A stretch of 64,000 bases of DNA, from positions 682,001 through 746,000 of the forward strand of contig NW_026250405.1 of the NCBI RefSeq assembly GCF_024521635.1, in the 5' to 3' direction. This document shows positions 1 through 11,997 of this stretch, one piece after another. This DNA comes from Tricharina praecox. Lineage: Eukaryota. The position numbers and the translations under genes were made by a program. The notes under the pieces were generated by a model. The model worked only from the letters and a program-made list of their open reading frames with translations. It had not been told where the DNA came from and searched no databases. Position 1 is the first letter of the stretch. Each line of letters opens with the position of its first letter.

Positions 1-68
1 TCAGCTTTCACAGCTATCCAGGGCTAAGACAGCTTCATGCTTCAAAACTAGCGAGGGAACTGGATTCA

Positions 69-1115
69 ATGATGACCCTTCCCTTGGTCTCCACTACCGT
101 TAGTGCTACCACCACTACTACTGATCCCACCACCCCCGCCGTCGCTAGAAGCTTCCCTATGGTCTCCACAACCTTCATCCCCAGTGGCTCTGACTCCGGA
201 ACTCCCGCCCCCACTACCACCATCCATAACACACCACCAATGCTGCTTCAAATCCCCAACGAAATCGTCATCCTTGTCGCCAACGAGCTGTCGCTGAGCG
301 ACCGGGCAGCGTTCCTGCGCACAAACAAACACCTCAACTCGCTATGCACCGCCGACTTCTACCGGCAAGCGCTCCGCGAAAACGGTGGCACCCGTGGGCT
401 GCGTTACGCCGCAATCAACGGCAATCCCGACGTTGCCTCCGTCTTCATCCACCGCTACAATGTCTCACCCAATCTGTGTTTCCGCGACGGCCCGATGGCC
501 GACCAAACCTGCCTGCACGGTGCGGCGTCCCGCGGTCACATCAAGCTCATTAAGGTGCTGCTCGAGGCAGGCGCCGACGTCCAGGTCCGGAACGACGCGG
601 GGCGAACTCCGCTGCACTATGCCGCCCGTGGTGGGTTCCTGGAGGTGGTGAAGCTGCTGGTCGAGCACAATGCGAATATCATGGCACGCGGTGAGACGGA
701 GGTTACGCCACTGCATTCCGCCGCGAAGAAGGGACATCACCTCGTGTGCAAGTTTCTGCTCGAGCACGGCGCCGAGGTCGATGCGATGTGCAAGGACCCG
801 CAGAACGAGGTCGATGATGGCTACACGGCGCTCCATGGCGCGGCGGATTTCGGACATGCCGAGGTCGCTAAGTTGTTGCTGGAGAATGGAGCGTCGGTTG
901 ATGCCAAGATTGATCAGAGTGAATGGACTCCGCTCGGCTGTAGTTCGGCTGAGGGTCATGTCGAGGTCGTCAAGCATCTGCTGAAGTGGGGAGCTGAAGT
1001 CAATGTTGGGCCGGAGGTGCCGCTGAGGTTGGCCGTGGATGGCAAGTGGCATGAGGGTGTGCTGAGGCTGCTGTTAGAGGCTGGGGCAAATGTGGAGAGG
1101 GCTCTGGAAGGGTGA
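69..1115 (+). CDS. F-box-like + ankyrin repeat protein (start may be ATG 240)
   Basis: Intronless ORF. LLQIPNEIVILVANELSLSDRAAFLRTNKHL is F-box-like and is followed by about 6 ankyrin repeats (TCLHGAASRGH, GRTPLHYAARGG, TPLHSAAKKGH, GYTALHGAADFGH, WTPLGCSSAEGH). Confidence 0.85.
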   Translation: MMTLPLVSTTVSATTTTTDPTTPAVARSFPMVSTTFIPSGSDSGTPAPTTTIHNTPPMLLQIPNEIVILVANELSLSDRAAFLRTNKHLNSLCTADFYRQALRENGGTRGLRYAAINGNPDVASVFIHRYNVSPNLCFRDGPMADQTCLHGAASRGHIKLIKVLLEAGADVQVRNDAGRTPLHYAARGGFLEVVKLLVEHNANIMARGETEVTPLHSAAKKGHHLVCKFLLEHGAEVDAMCKDPQNEVDDGYTALHGAADFGHAEVAKLLLENGASVDAKIDQSEWTPLGCSSAEGHVEVVKHLLKWGAEVNVGPEVPLRLAVDGKWHEGVLRLLLEAGANVERALEG

Positions 1116-1714
1116 GGTGCTTCTGCTATAGATATTATGAGTACAGGCTGACCTTTGTAGATTGTTTCATACCGACACGGCCACTCGATTGACCGAATTC
1201 GCCGAGAAGTGGAAGACCGGTTCCCTGCCGAGGAGGGATGGAGCGACCGAAGATGAAGATTCAGTGATGACGGATGCGGCAGACAAACAGCCCTCGATGT
1301 TACCAGACGTCACTCTGACCCTGCATACGACAGCGGCCGATCCCATAGTTCCAGCGGTTCCTTCTTCTTGAAATCATTCACCCGCCTACATCTACATTGA
1401 CTTTTGTACAACTATCGCATTACGCGGAGAGACAGAGCACATTATTATTCTTTTCGGTTGGCTGGCGAGTTTCTTCCTTTCCTATGTTCTATTTTCCATG
1501 TAAACCTTACCTTGGCCTATCTGATATTTTGAGTGCGCGGCGTACTGGCGAATCACGGAATGCATGCTTGTTTGCTTATTTGCTTGTCTTTTCGTATTGC
1601 TTTGAGTGTGTTGAAGCGGAGAGGCGTAGATATATGGGTACTTAGCTTTTTTCCGCCGGGTTGCGTAGGATGCTTGGTACGATTTGTGTAGCAGGGTCAC
1701 CATGGTATATCCCA

Positions 1715-1800
1715 GGCCGCGTGGCCCAATGGCAAGGCGCTTGACTACGAGTAACAACTCCGATATCAAGAGATTGCAGGTTCGAGCCCTGCCGTGGTCA
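1715..1800 (+). tRNA. tRNA-Arg(ACG) with 14-nt intron (1751-1764)
   Basis: Cloverleaf GGCCGCG...CGTGGTCA, anticodon loop CTACGA^A, intron GTAACAACTCCGAT after position 37, T-loop TTCGAGC, oligo-T downstream. Confidence 0.95.
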
Positions 1801-2258
1801 TATGATCTTAACACTTCCTGCGGATTTCTTTTTCGGTGTTTCCCCTTCCGTATTGGTGCTCGAAACGAATTTTGCGGGATATCCTTCACGGACGCTAGTG
1901 GAGGCCGATAGGTTGAATCCCGAAACCCAGGTTTTGTCTCCGCCGTGAAATCGCCGTGCACCGCTCGAGTGTCGGTCAAACGTCCGACGCTGCGTCTTGC
2001 TGACCGGCAGCGGCGTGGTCACGCAGCTTCACTCAGTAGCAGAAACGCATGGTTAAAAACAATTTCGCCATCACATGACCGTTTCCCAAATGCTCTTTCG
2101 CACTCCCTGTAGGAATGCCGGATTACCGTAAAGTATGAGCCGTGACGGTAAAGTGTCCACGTAACGATGTAAGCTTGGCAGTAATGTTACTGCCAAGCTC
2201 CCCACACGCCACACGCCACACTGCGCCATCCGCATGACTCCGCCATGGCCGGTCGATC

Positions 2259-3480
2259 ATGGCCGATACTAGTGGGCGGGCGGCAGGCGGCGGGCGGCGG
2301 ACGGCGGGTGGGGTGAAATCTCTGCCATTCACTACACTCACTGAGGAAGATGCCAAACCCCAAGTCCAACCGCGATGTGGCTGCAGCTTTTACCAAGTCC
2401 ATGAAGCTTGGCCTCAAGGTACCTACCTATATGCTCTAATAGGGGTGCTTGACATTATGCGAAATCAAAAGCTGATGGCTGGGTGGATTGAAGTGCCCAC
2501 GGATGGGGTGCAATGCTTGCGGGGCAGACGATGCGATGAACACTACTCGCCAGGAGTACGAACGCGCCGCGAAGTGGAAGAAATGCTAGACGGACGAGCC
2601 TTGAACATCATCACCGACGAAAGCGCCGACATCACAAAGCATCGTATCGTTAGCATGAGCGTCAATGTCGGTCGTTTGACCTTTTTTCACAGGGCAGAAG
2701 ATGTTGGCAGTCGTAGTCTCACTGCACGCAATTACACCAATTGGATCCTAGAGCAGTTGGGAGTTATTACCCGCGGAGACTACCATCGGATCAATTATGT
2801 TGCCACAGATACCTGCTCTACGATGTTCACTGTCTGGAGGCTACTTGAAGAGGATTTCGAACAGCGGCTTCCGGATATTCGGATTCTATTTGTTCCATAT
2901 GATTCACACGGCCTGCAACTCTTAATCAAAGACGTGGTTGAGAAGATTCCGTGGTTTCAGATCGTCAGTCAGGGAGTGAGAAAGGTTGTGTCCTACTTCC
3001 GCGGTGCACATCTTCAGTATGCGATTCTTCGAGGCCGTCAACTACATCATTACGGCAAACATCTTTCGCTTCTTGCTTCAGTCATTACGCGATAGGGGTA
3101 GGACACAACCTTTCTCACTCCCTGACTGACGATCTGAAACCACGGAATCTTCTCAACCACGTCTTTGATTAAGAGTTGCAGGCCGTGTGAATCATATGGA
3201 ACAAATAGAATCCGAATATCCGGAAGCCGCTGTTCGAAATCCTCTTCAAGTAGCCTCCAGACAGTGAACATCGTAGAGCAGGTATCTGTGGCAACACAAT
3301 TGATCCGATGGTAGTCTCCCTGAGGGATCTAGCTGAGGCGAGTTCTTAACGTGCCGAGCCCTCAAATGATCTCGAAAAAGACCTTTCGCAAACTGAGATC
3401 ACAGGTAGGCGGGCTAAGCGAAAGTAGACTACTCGGGAAATAAGCGGTTTGACTAGTGTGTATAGACTCAGTAAGAATTC
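2259..3480. mobile_element. Degenerate, rearranged hAT-family transposase remnant
   Basis: The + ORF contains IITDES, VATDTCSTM, PYDSHGLQL (CxxH motif with C->Y) and ends ITR* where the hAT TRW motif is expected (TGG->TAG). The minus strand at about 3325-3480 reads PLISRVVYFRLARLPVISVCERSFS, resembling the hAT C-terminal dimerisation motif. Confidence 0.75.
2775..3319. repeat. 222-bp inverted duplication (arms 2775-2996 and 3098-3319, 101-bp spacer)
   Basis: The arms are reverse complements. The same peptide MFTVWRLLEEDF...VRKVVSY appears in ORFs on both strands; one mismatch was seen (2797 vs 3297). Confidence 0.95.
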
Positions 3481-4230
3481 TTCGGGAGAATGATTGTACA
3501 TATTCTATACATACTTCATATATACAACGATTCATGAGCAACAAAATTTTCCAGAAAATGGCAGCGGCCACGCCGGGCAGAGCGCCTCTATTTGAGGTGG
3601 TGGCGGAGGGGAGAGGAGAGCGGAATATGGCAGCGGCGAGGAGAGGAGAGCTGAATAGGTACAGCGGCGCGGAGAATGGAGCAGAGCACAACGGCGTCGA
3701 GAGGAGGGTTGAGTACAGAGGCACAGAGGAGAATAGAGGAGAGCAGAGCACGGCCGTATATACAGGAGTACACCAGCTGTTAGTCTTCCCTACCAGGCCC
3801 TCGCATATCACCGTGAGGCCAGTGTCACCGCACTGTCGGAGGGCCTGGTAAGGGAGACCGACAACTGGCGTACTTCTGTCTATACTGCGATGCTATGTTT
3901 TCCGCTCTGTACTGCTGCACTCCGCTCTCATCTCGCCGCCGCTGTGCTCTGCTCTCCTCTCCGCACCACCATACTCTGCAAAGTTCCCATCTACAAATGT
4001 ACACATCTACCACTATTCATTTTGCAGTGTAACTCTTGTTTTCCCACGCTTTCTGATCGCAATCTGGTAGGCAAGCATGCATGCATGGAGCTGGGCATGT
4101 GAGAAAATATGAATCTCGAGACCGAACCAGCAAAAGTTGCCGTTAATCTTCTGGAAGAAAACTGAAGACATTTTGATATCTCTGGAGCCCATAAAAAAGG
4201 CAAAAAGGTATTTTTCACACTCATGTTGAG

Positions 4231-4302
4231 TGACCACGGCAGGGATCGAACCTGCAATCTCTTGATTCGTAGTCAAGCGCCTTGCCATTGGGCCACGCGG
4301 CC
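4231..4302 (-). tRNA. tRNA-Arg(ACG), intronless
   Basis: 72-nt cloverleaf GGCCGCGTGGCCCAATGGCAAGGCGCTTGACTACGAATCAAGAGATTGCAGGTTCGATCCCTGCCGTGGTCA on the minus strand. Confidence 0.97.
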
Positions 4303-5112
4303 GATTATGTTTGTTCTCAGAATTAACACACTTGAGCAAACTACGCCGGATATGGCTTGGATGGACACTTGGGGATCGTCCGTAGGCGCAGTCTGGCGAG
4401 GGGTGGGGGGTTGACCGCGCATGCGGCAATCAAATTGACGAAAGCCACCCGAGCTGGTGACCGTGGCCGAAAAGTTTTCACGATTGTGCGACTGCACATA
4501 CATAGTAGGTGGCAGCCATCAACGGAGTGAAGCACACACTCTCACGCCATCCCATGGCCCGAATGTTCGCATGTAAATCAACAATGTAGTATAAAAACCA
4601 CCTGGAAACACATGAGAACACTCGCTCCGCCACCTGAGTGGTTCTGGACACCTTGCCTGCAAAGCCCGTGATCTCCTACCATCCCGCGGGGCCCCAATCG
4701 GCGCGGAGATCCCGCCGTCTCAGAGACCGTAGCCTGTGGTGGACTGTGGGCAGCCTGAATCAGTGCTACCACTGCCAGACGATATCGTAGGCACTGTATC
4801 CACTGCCAAAACCTTACCAGTCGATCGGATCGCATGCGAATGCGCACTTGGCAACGCAGTCCTGGGTGGAGAATGTGAGGCACAAGTAGAGACTCTGGTG
4901 GAACCCGTGAAGCTCAAGCAATGCTGCGCCCATCTGTTCTACGCTCCCCTCTCACGAGCAGACTGCTCAGTGATCTTATTCTAGACGTCAAAAGGCGGTC
5001 GTATGGACTGTATTTAAGAAGGGTGGCTTCCTGACCCCATAACGAATCATCCTCACAATCCTCACAATCCCCACAATCCTCACAATCATCTACATACACC
5101 GATACGAAAACC

Positions 5113-5792
5113 ATGCTCTTCAAAGACGTCTTCGTCCCCGCCCCGGCCGTCGGCGACCCTCGCTGGAAATCGCAGAATCCCATCCGCATCCTCTGGGGAA
5201 TCATCGCCACCTCTGCCATCGGCCTAGTGATCCAAGGCTACTACATCAACCTAGTGTGCGATATCCCCCACCCCCACCCCCCACCCCCCGCATTCCTGGA
5301 CAGTCCTCCTGAGTAGTAGCTGAGAATCCAACCATAGAACCCCGTTCCTATGCTGGTTCATCCTGGTCTCCGCCCTGGACTTGATCCTCTTCTTCAAGAA
5401 GCATCTGAGGCCCACCTACGCGGTATCGATCGCATCGATATGGATCGTATTTGCGCTGTTCTGTATTGGCTGGGCATCCTACCGTATGTCTTTTTTTGCC
5501 CCGTGCCTCTGGTACGACCACACGTCGCGAGGGTATTCGGATATTGTCCAGTTGATCGTTACCGTGGTCGTGCTGTGAGTTTTCTCCATCCAAAGGGTAT
5601 GCGTACATATGTACGGATACTGGCTGGCAAGTACTGACTTCTGGTCCTGCCGGAAGGGCGTTGTACCTTGCGTACTTGACGTTTGCGGTAAAGGCGTTTA
5701 GGCATGGAAGCGTGGTGGGAAACAGAAGACAAGTGTGGATGACTGCGACGGGAGAGGGACCCTCTTTTCAGGGGTTGGGTCCATTGCAATAG
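5113..5792 (+). CDS. Small multi-pass (about 4 TM) membrane protein, about 171 aa; exons 5113-5255, 5338-5574, 5657-5792
   Basis: In-frame splicing via GTGCGA..TAG and GTGAGT..AAG introns with CTGAG/CTGAC branch sites. Four hydrophobic segments; upstream TATTTAA. A paralogue at 9137 conserves the exon structure. The C-terminal frame differs from the paralogue by one base, so the tail may be frameshifted. Confidence 0.6.
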
Positions 5793-6078
5793 GGCGCTGT
5801 ACGTGAGGCGGGTGCCGGGGGCTTCTGAGCGAGAAAGGTTTAATGCTGGGTTGATATTATTTTCTTATTTAATGGCGAGAATGGGGGGTTTCGAGATTTT
5901 CTCTATGTAGTGCCCGCGAATGCTGTTTTTGCAGACTTCATCAGGCTCCAAAACCAACCCGAGTGATCGAAAAGAATAAAGGATCTTTATCAGCCATGGA
6001 GAGGAAACACCAAAAGATAATGCCTGATGAGCCACCAGAAGGAGCAAAAAGATATTCACAAAAAGTGATGAGATCATA

Positions 6079-6164
6079 TGACCACGGCAGGGATCGAACC
6101 TGCAATCTCTTGATATCGGAGTTGTTACTCGTAGTCAAGCGCCTTGCCATTGGGCCACGCGGCC
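6079..6164 (-). tRNA. tRNA-Arg(ACG) with 14-nt intron
   Basis: Same body as the intronless copies plus intron GTAACAACTCCGAT. Confidence 0.95.
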
Positions 6165-7358
6165 TGTGATGATTGCCTCCGAGAAACTGGAAAATTTAGA
6201 GTATTAAGCTAGACATAGCAGCCGTGGGCAGGTGCTTGGGGTTGGCCATAGACGCGGTCTGGGCGTGGGGCAGGTGAATGCATGGCGGTTCGATAGATTC
6301 AGAATATGAGTGCTGCAGTTGGGTCAACGGAGCCGCCCGAGCTGGCGGCTGTTCTACAAAGGTTTTTACGACTGTGCACTAGTTGGAGTGGTGACGGCCT
6401 TTAGATATCTACATAACGCGAACCAGGAAGCGAATAAGCTTTCCCCGCAACCACCACATCTTAGCCTAAATATGGCACAAAAACTGAGGAAAAAAAACCG
6501 AAACTGTGTGGCCCCGGCGATGAAACGGGAACTAACCTCTGGAGGTCAGTTTCTTCACCAGCACTCAGTACCGTATTTTAACTTCAACCATGGAGAAAAA
6601 AGCGGGACTGCAATGTGTCTGCTATTAAAGTTCCGGTGAAGCCTATTATTCAGACTTATGGCCGAGTACACTGAGAACTGCCAAACACTCTGTTTACCTC
6701 AAGGTTTTCCAGAAACTGAAACCGAACAGTACGGTATTCGGTGTCCCGACGGGGAACTGAATTTTACTCTAAAACTGGAACTGAAAACCGAGGCCATCCA
6801 AAGGGAGTAGCCTCATCAGATCGTAGGTATAGAACACTCTAGACCCTACAGAATACGGGTGTACTGTACTCGAATTGCATCATCATGCTTTAACTTCGTT
6901 CAGTGGGTTTCTTGAATGAGTGATGGGTGGTGTAGCTCGGCCGCTGAATTGTCGACTCGATCAAATTGCATCCAATTGACTGAATCCATCCTCAGAAGGG
7001 GTGAAGCAGCTGCGGACGCCGATCGCAGCGGAAAAGACTCGGGTCGAACGCTTGGTAACGTGACTACATAATCATTCTTTTGGGCCGCAACAAAATACCA
7101 AATATATATTGGAGGAAGAAACGCCAGCAATGGAAGTCTAGGTAAGATATAATCGAGCGCAGTAGACCAAGGAACCAGTAGATAAAATATGAACCAACAA
7201 AGCCAATGAAAATGAAAAGGAAAAAGAAACAATAGTATATCGACGAATTATGGGAAAAAAGAAGGGGAAAAAAGGTGAGGGGGTTTCCCGAGATCACCAC
7301 CTATTCATGTAACCACACTATCAGTATAACGCACACCGGGGGGGACTTTCGTTTCAAC

Positions 7359-8151
7359 TCACTCAGTATCCGAGTCATCGGTGCGATGTATACGCGTCTG
7401 CCACAACAACAGGGTGTGCGCCAGCTCCCTGAATTCCTTGACCAACGCCACGAACACGGTGCATTTCAACAATGCACTCATGTTCCTAGCGCAGTGCTCC
7501 GTGACAATGTCGCGGAGACTGGCCTTGCGGCTTGGCCATGCTTCCCCATCGGCGTATTCGTCCTCGGTCTCATCGTAGACGTAGGCCAACAACAAAACAA
7601 TCTCGTACTCCCAATCAGCTCCAGAGGCATGACGCCGAAGCGCCGAAGAGATGTTCCTCGTTGCCACGTCTTTGAGCTCGGCCATGAGCATCTCGTCTGC
7701 AAACATGGCCAGCTCCGCGTGCAAGAGGAGCTGATTGGTGGCGCCTTGAGGAAACGTGTAGGTTCCAGTATACAGGAGCCCCACGAATGCCTCGAAGACT
7801 TTGGACGAGACGGGATTGGGAAGCCTCGCGGAATACGCAGAGGCTTCCTCACCATCTGCCGACAGCAGGCTGGCGAAGTAGGGACAACGCCCCACGAGAA
7901 GCTCCCGATGGAGATGGTAGGTGTCGGCCCCAGCCCACCAACCATTAATAACGGCAAAAAGCACGAGGTTCTTGAAGATGTTGGTAAGAGAATTCTGGTC
8001 AGCGGAGACTGAGGATGAGGGCGGGGTGTGATTCTTACTCGGCCTTGAACTCTTGGGCTTTGGTGGTCGGCCGCGGCTGCCGTGGCTGCCGCTTCTCTGA
8101 GATCCTGGACGACTACCTAGGAATCTTGGGGATTTTCTCTGCACGAGGCAT
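7359..8151 (-). pseudogene. BTB/POZ-domain gene copy A, probably disrupted
   Basis: BTB-like YHLHRELLVGRCPYF...VFEAFVGLLYTGTY...HAELAMFADEMLMAELKDVA. Relative to copy B the ATG is at 8151, codon 13 is TAG (8113-8115; CAG in B), and the intron acceptor is CAA instead of CAG (7981). Confidence 0.75.
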
Positions 8152-8305
8152 CTTGACGGTGTGTTCGAAGCGTAAGGTCGGTGGAGAGAGAGGTAGAGTG
8201 TGTGCGTGTGTTTGTGGACAGAAAGATTGTGTGTGTGTCTATGTTGGTGAGAGAGGAGAAGGTAGGAAGAGAAAGAGAGAAGATAAAGTAGCGCGGCAAA
8301 GGATC

Positions 8306-8459
8306 GGCGAAAATGAAGATGAATGAGAAGTTGAGAAGCTGAGGTTTTATTCAACTTTGAAGAGCCATCTTAGCTCTCTGCTGCCACAAGCTATGATACC
8401 TCCACCGTTCGAGGCCACCCAATCCGGCTAGTGTGGCTATGATCCGACTTGCCACTCCT
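8306..8459. repeat. Dispersed ~200-bp element, copy 1 (upstream of BTB copy A)
   Basis: Shares GAAGTTGA..GTTYTATTCAACTT.GAAGAGCCATC...CGTTCG...ATCCGGCTAG with the copies at 28981, 43022, 58560 and 63442. Confidence 0.75.
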
Positions 8460-9136
8460 GTCAGCAAAAAGAAATATATACTCGAAAAAGGAAAGACAAA
8501 AGCCAGCGATCATCCAAGTCCCTTGGCTTTCGAGTACCTACCCGCGGCCCGTCACACGCCGGTGCTTCCTATCTTTTCCAGTACGAAACCCTTGCATAAT
8601 ACCCGTAGTCATCGTGGGGAAAAGAGTCGGTGAAATTTGAATGGGAGGATCCATCTTCCAAGCAGGTGGGGAACTTGGAAGTGCTGTTGTATTCTTGGCT
8701 TATGCGCAATGCACATGGCGCGTTGGTTCAATATTCGAATTGTGCCCCGGTAATAGTAACAGCCTCCTACATACAACCTCTTGACGGAGTCGAAACTGTT
8801 GCACTAGTTACCGGTAAGTACCACCGTTTGAGCTACGTACCGGTACATATATATTTCCCCATTGGACGGCAGCTCAAGTGCTGCATGTAGGTGGGGTTTG
8901 TGAGACACGGCTGAAGAATTTTCACGCGGTTGGAGAACCCAAGCGAATACTCACTATGCGGTGTGACCACCTGCCAGACCGCCATTCGATCCCGCTCCCC
9001 GAATAGATCCATGGGGGCATTGGCTATGCATCTACCCGTCGTCAAGGCGGTCGTGTAGGCCATATTTAAGGAGGGTAGTTCCCGACCCCACACACCACAG
9101 ATGATTCCCACGATCAATTTAAACGAAACGAAAACC

Positions 9137-9840
9137 ATGCCCATCAAGAACGTCTTCGTCTCAAACCCGGCTGTCGGTGATCCGCGCTGGAAAGACCACA
9201 ATCCCATCCGCATCCTCTGGAGAATCATCGGGGACCGTCGGCGTCAACCTAGTGGTCCACGGCTACTTCATTGATGTTTTCACGTGCGATTTTCCCTCTT
9301 CCCTAGCCAAATGTTCCCTCCCTAGGTAGATACATAGGTTGCTAAAGTAATCACAGATGGCCGATCCAGATCTAGTTCATCCTCCTTTCGGCACTGGACC
9401 TAATCCTCTTCTTTAAATGCCATCTACGGCCCACCTACGCGGTATCGATCGCATCGATATGGAGCCTGCTGGCGATAATCTTCACTCTGGCCGGGTGTCT
9501 CCATGGTGAATTATATTACCAGTTACGGCACCGGTGTAATTACTTATGCGAATGTTACTCGGTTCATTGGGTACCTTATAGTGCTGTGAGAATTCCTTCC
9601 GAGGGGGTACGGGCACGGGTGCGAGTTCTGGCAATTGATTGCTGACTTCCAGTCACTCGCGAAAGGGTGTTGTACCTCACGTACCTGACGTTTGCGGTGA
9701 AGATGTTCAGACCGTGGAAGCGTGGCGGGAAGCAGAAGATTAGTCAGGGTGACCCCGAGGCCGGAGTAGGACATGGCGTTTATGAGCTGGATCCGTCAAA
9801 GCAAGGCACTGTCCAGGAGTTAAGCGCGAGGCCGCTCTGA
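9137..9840 (+). pseudogene. Disrupted paralogue of the 5113 membrane-protein gene
   Basis: MPIKNVFVSNPAVGDPRWKDHNPIRILW matches the 5113 gene, with a conserved upstream region and introns. There is an extra G near 9230 (frameshift) and TGG->TAG at 9373-9375. Confidence 0.75.
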
Positions 9841-10245
9841 GAGGGAAGGTCTGATGTTGGCCAATGTACATATTATGGTTAATAGTCGGGGATAGGGGTT
9901 CTTTTCATCTCGTAGGAACGAATGAGGTAGCTAGCTTTTTTTGGTCTCCTGATTATTTCAACGACTGGTTACTGAGGGCACTCGTCTGCCATGTGGTCCA
10001 GGACGAAAACCTTCTTCCAGCCTCTGTTCAGGTGGAACGATCACGGGGGAAGACAGCGGAGACAACAGTAGTGGGAAAGATTACTAAATTATATTCCTAA
10101 GTAAAAAAAAAAGAATGAAAAAAATTACCCCCAGGAGATGGCCGTAGATTCAAGGGTATATGCTCCTTATTGCTTCTCTTCAAGCTCCAAGGGGTACTCC
10201 ACCCCCAGCAGATACATACACCCCATCATCATCTTCGTCCTGGCC

Positions 10246-11031
10246 CTACTCCTCCTCATCCTCATCATCTTCGTCCTCATCCTCATCATCCGAATCTTCG
10301 TCGTCATCATCGGTCCAGTAACAATCATCCCCCTTACTGGTCTTAAATTCCCCAGCCTGCTTCGCAACTCTCATCCCAACACCATACTTCTGATCCAGCC
10401 TCTTCTGCTGGGACCGCGACAACCTCTCCTGTCTTTCCCAGAACGCCGTATACTGCCACGACGTCTCATGCCTCCGTGCTCCCCAATTCCGACTCAGGAG
10501 TCCCCGGATGGGAGGCTCGTACGGGTAATTGCTCTCTACCCATTCTGGATCGTTGTCCTCGCATGGCGTGATAATAATTGTTGGCGGAAGGATGAGGACG
10601 TAGTCGACGCGCTGAAGTACGTATTCTTTGTGGAAGGTGTGGTAGTGGTTGGGCAGTTGTTTGATGGTGGTAGTGGTGGTGGTGGTAGTGGTGGCGGTGA
10701 AGGCGTAGACTGGGTCTGCCTGGCACAGTAAGGTTACATCCTCCGTGTAGTTCGGGTGACTGTCGGCGGGCTCTGGTGGCGGACTGTCGCGGATAGAAAT
10801 GCCTTTCATGCTGTCGTCGATCTGGCTATCGAGAGAGGCGCCGCGGATATTAGGCGCTTCAACGCTGTCGTCGGTCTGCTTGGCGAAGGCAGCGTCGCGG
10901 GCAGCCTTTGCTTTTTCCCATGGAGCGGGACGCCGACGGGAAAGCCGGCGGAAAAATCGGTAGAAGGGCGTACTGGCTATGTAGGCCAGCATGGCGCGAA
11001 GTTTCTTGATAATGGGATTCATGTCGCCCAC
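10246..11031 (-). CDS. Hypothetical protein with Thr-rich linker and acidic C-terminal tail
   Basis: 261-codon ORF with protein-like composition and a D/E tail. No family recognised; the start is uncertain (first ATG at 11022). Confidence 0.5.
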   Translation of the reverse strand: MGDMNPIIKKLRAMLAYIASTPFYRFFRRLSRRRPAPWEKAKAARDAAFAKQTDDSVEAPNIRGASLDSQIDDSMKGISIRDSPPPEPADSHPNYTEDVTLLCQADPVYAFTATTTTTTTTTIKQLPNHYHTFHKEYVLQRVDYVLILPPTIIITPCEDNDPEWVESNYPYEPPIRGLLSRNWGARRHETSWQYTAFWERQERLSRSQQKRLDQKYGVGMRVAKQAGEFKTSKGDDCYWTDDDDEDSDDEDEDEDDEDEEE

Positions 11032-11209
11032 CGCTCTCCAGGGGATGTGTTCTTCGGAAAGCTGGAGTTACTGTTAGCGATGGTCCAAACCCTCAGAGTA
11101 GGAAGTTGCATGTACGTACACTGCGCGTTGTTCTGCAGTCAAGGTTCTAAATCCAAGTCGAGTGTATCGACGGTGCCAGTGGATAGTATGGGTCGGGGCA
11201 AAGAGTGTT

Positions 11210-11385
11210 GGTAGAGGAGAGATGTTGGTTGAGGAGAGTTGTTGGTTGAGGAGAGTTGTGGGTCGAAAGGGATATTGAGGAGAGTTGTGGGTCGAAGAGA
11301 GTTGTTGGTTGAGGAGAGATATAGGTAGAAAGAGGTATTGAAGAGAAAGATGGAGAGCTGTGGGTTGAAGAGAGATGTTGGTCGA
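11210..11385. repeat. Degenerate tandem repeat (GAGGAGAGTTGTTGGTT-like)
   Basis: Repeated GAGAGTTGT(T)GG(T/G)T units. Confidence 0.6.
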
Positions 11386-11912
11386 GGCGGAATGTAAGTT
11401 AAGATGTGAGTTAGGGCGTGAACTCCCGTCACAGCAAACCTTCAAACGAGCAGCCGTGAATAGCAAGTTTTGGTGCTATTATTCTTGGAACGTTTTCGAA
11501 CTCAAGCCTAGCTCCAGAAACCTTCAGCCTTTCACACTCAAAGTATATTCGCGATGCACTTCGCATGCGAGTGCTAGCTTGTGAAAATTCCCTGGAAAAG
11601 CGACGTACACGGGATAAGACCGCGTCAAACCCCGTATAGATCCATTCCGTCCCCAAGCTTATGGATATTCAGGCTTCACGGCCTGTATACATATGCCCGC
11701 TTCGGATCACGTCTTTCTTGGTAAGGTCCCTCGCCTCCTTATGAGAATTGGGTCTGTTTGGTGAGCTCTTAGTAGGCTTCGGGGTTTTCCGATTAGTGGA
11801 ACTTTCCGCCTGCCTCGCCCCCCGAAAGTTATGACCGACCTCAACCATCCGAAGCTACCGTGCAAATCCAAATTGATGTTGAAACAATATGCTCTCAAGA
11901 CAAACAATTACT

Positions 11913-11997
11913 GGCCGCGTGGCCCAATGGCAAGGCGCTTGACTACGAGTAACACTCCGATATCAAGAGATTGCAGGTTCGATCCCTGCCGTGGTCA
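11913..11997 (+). tRNA. tRNA-Arg(ACG) with 13-nt intron
   Basis: Same body with intron GTAACACTCCGAT; TTTTT terminator downstream. Confidence 0.95.

Noticed and set aside
7359..8354. 331-aa ORF as an intact intronless BTB protein
   Set aside because: It starts at TTG and reads through the promoter, exon 1 in the wrong frame and the intron. Comparison with copy B gives ATG 8151 with an early stop and a lost acceptor.
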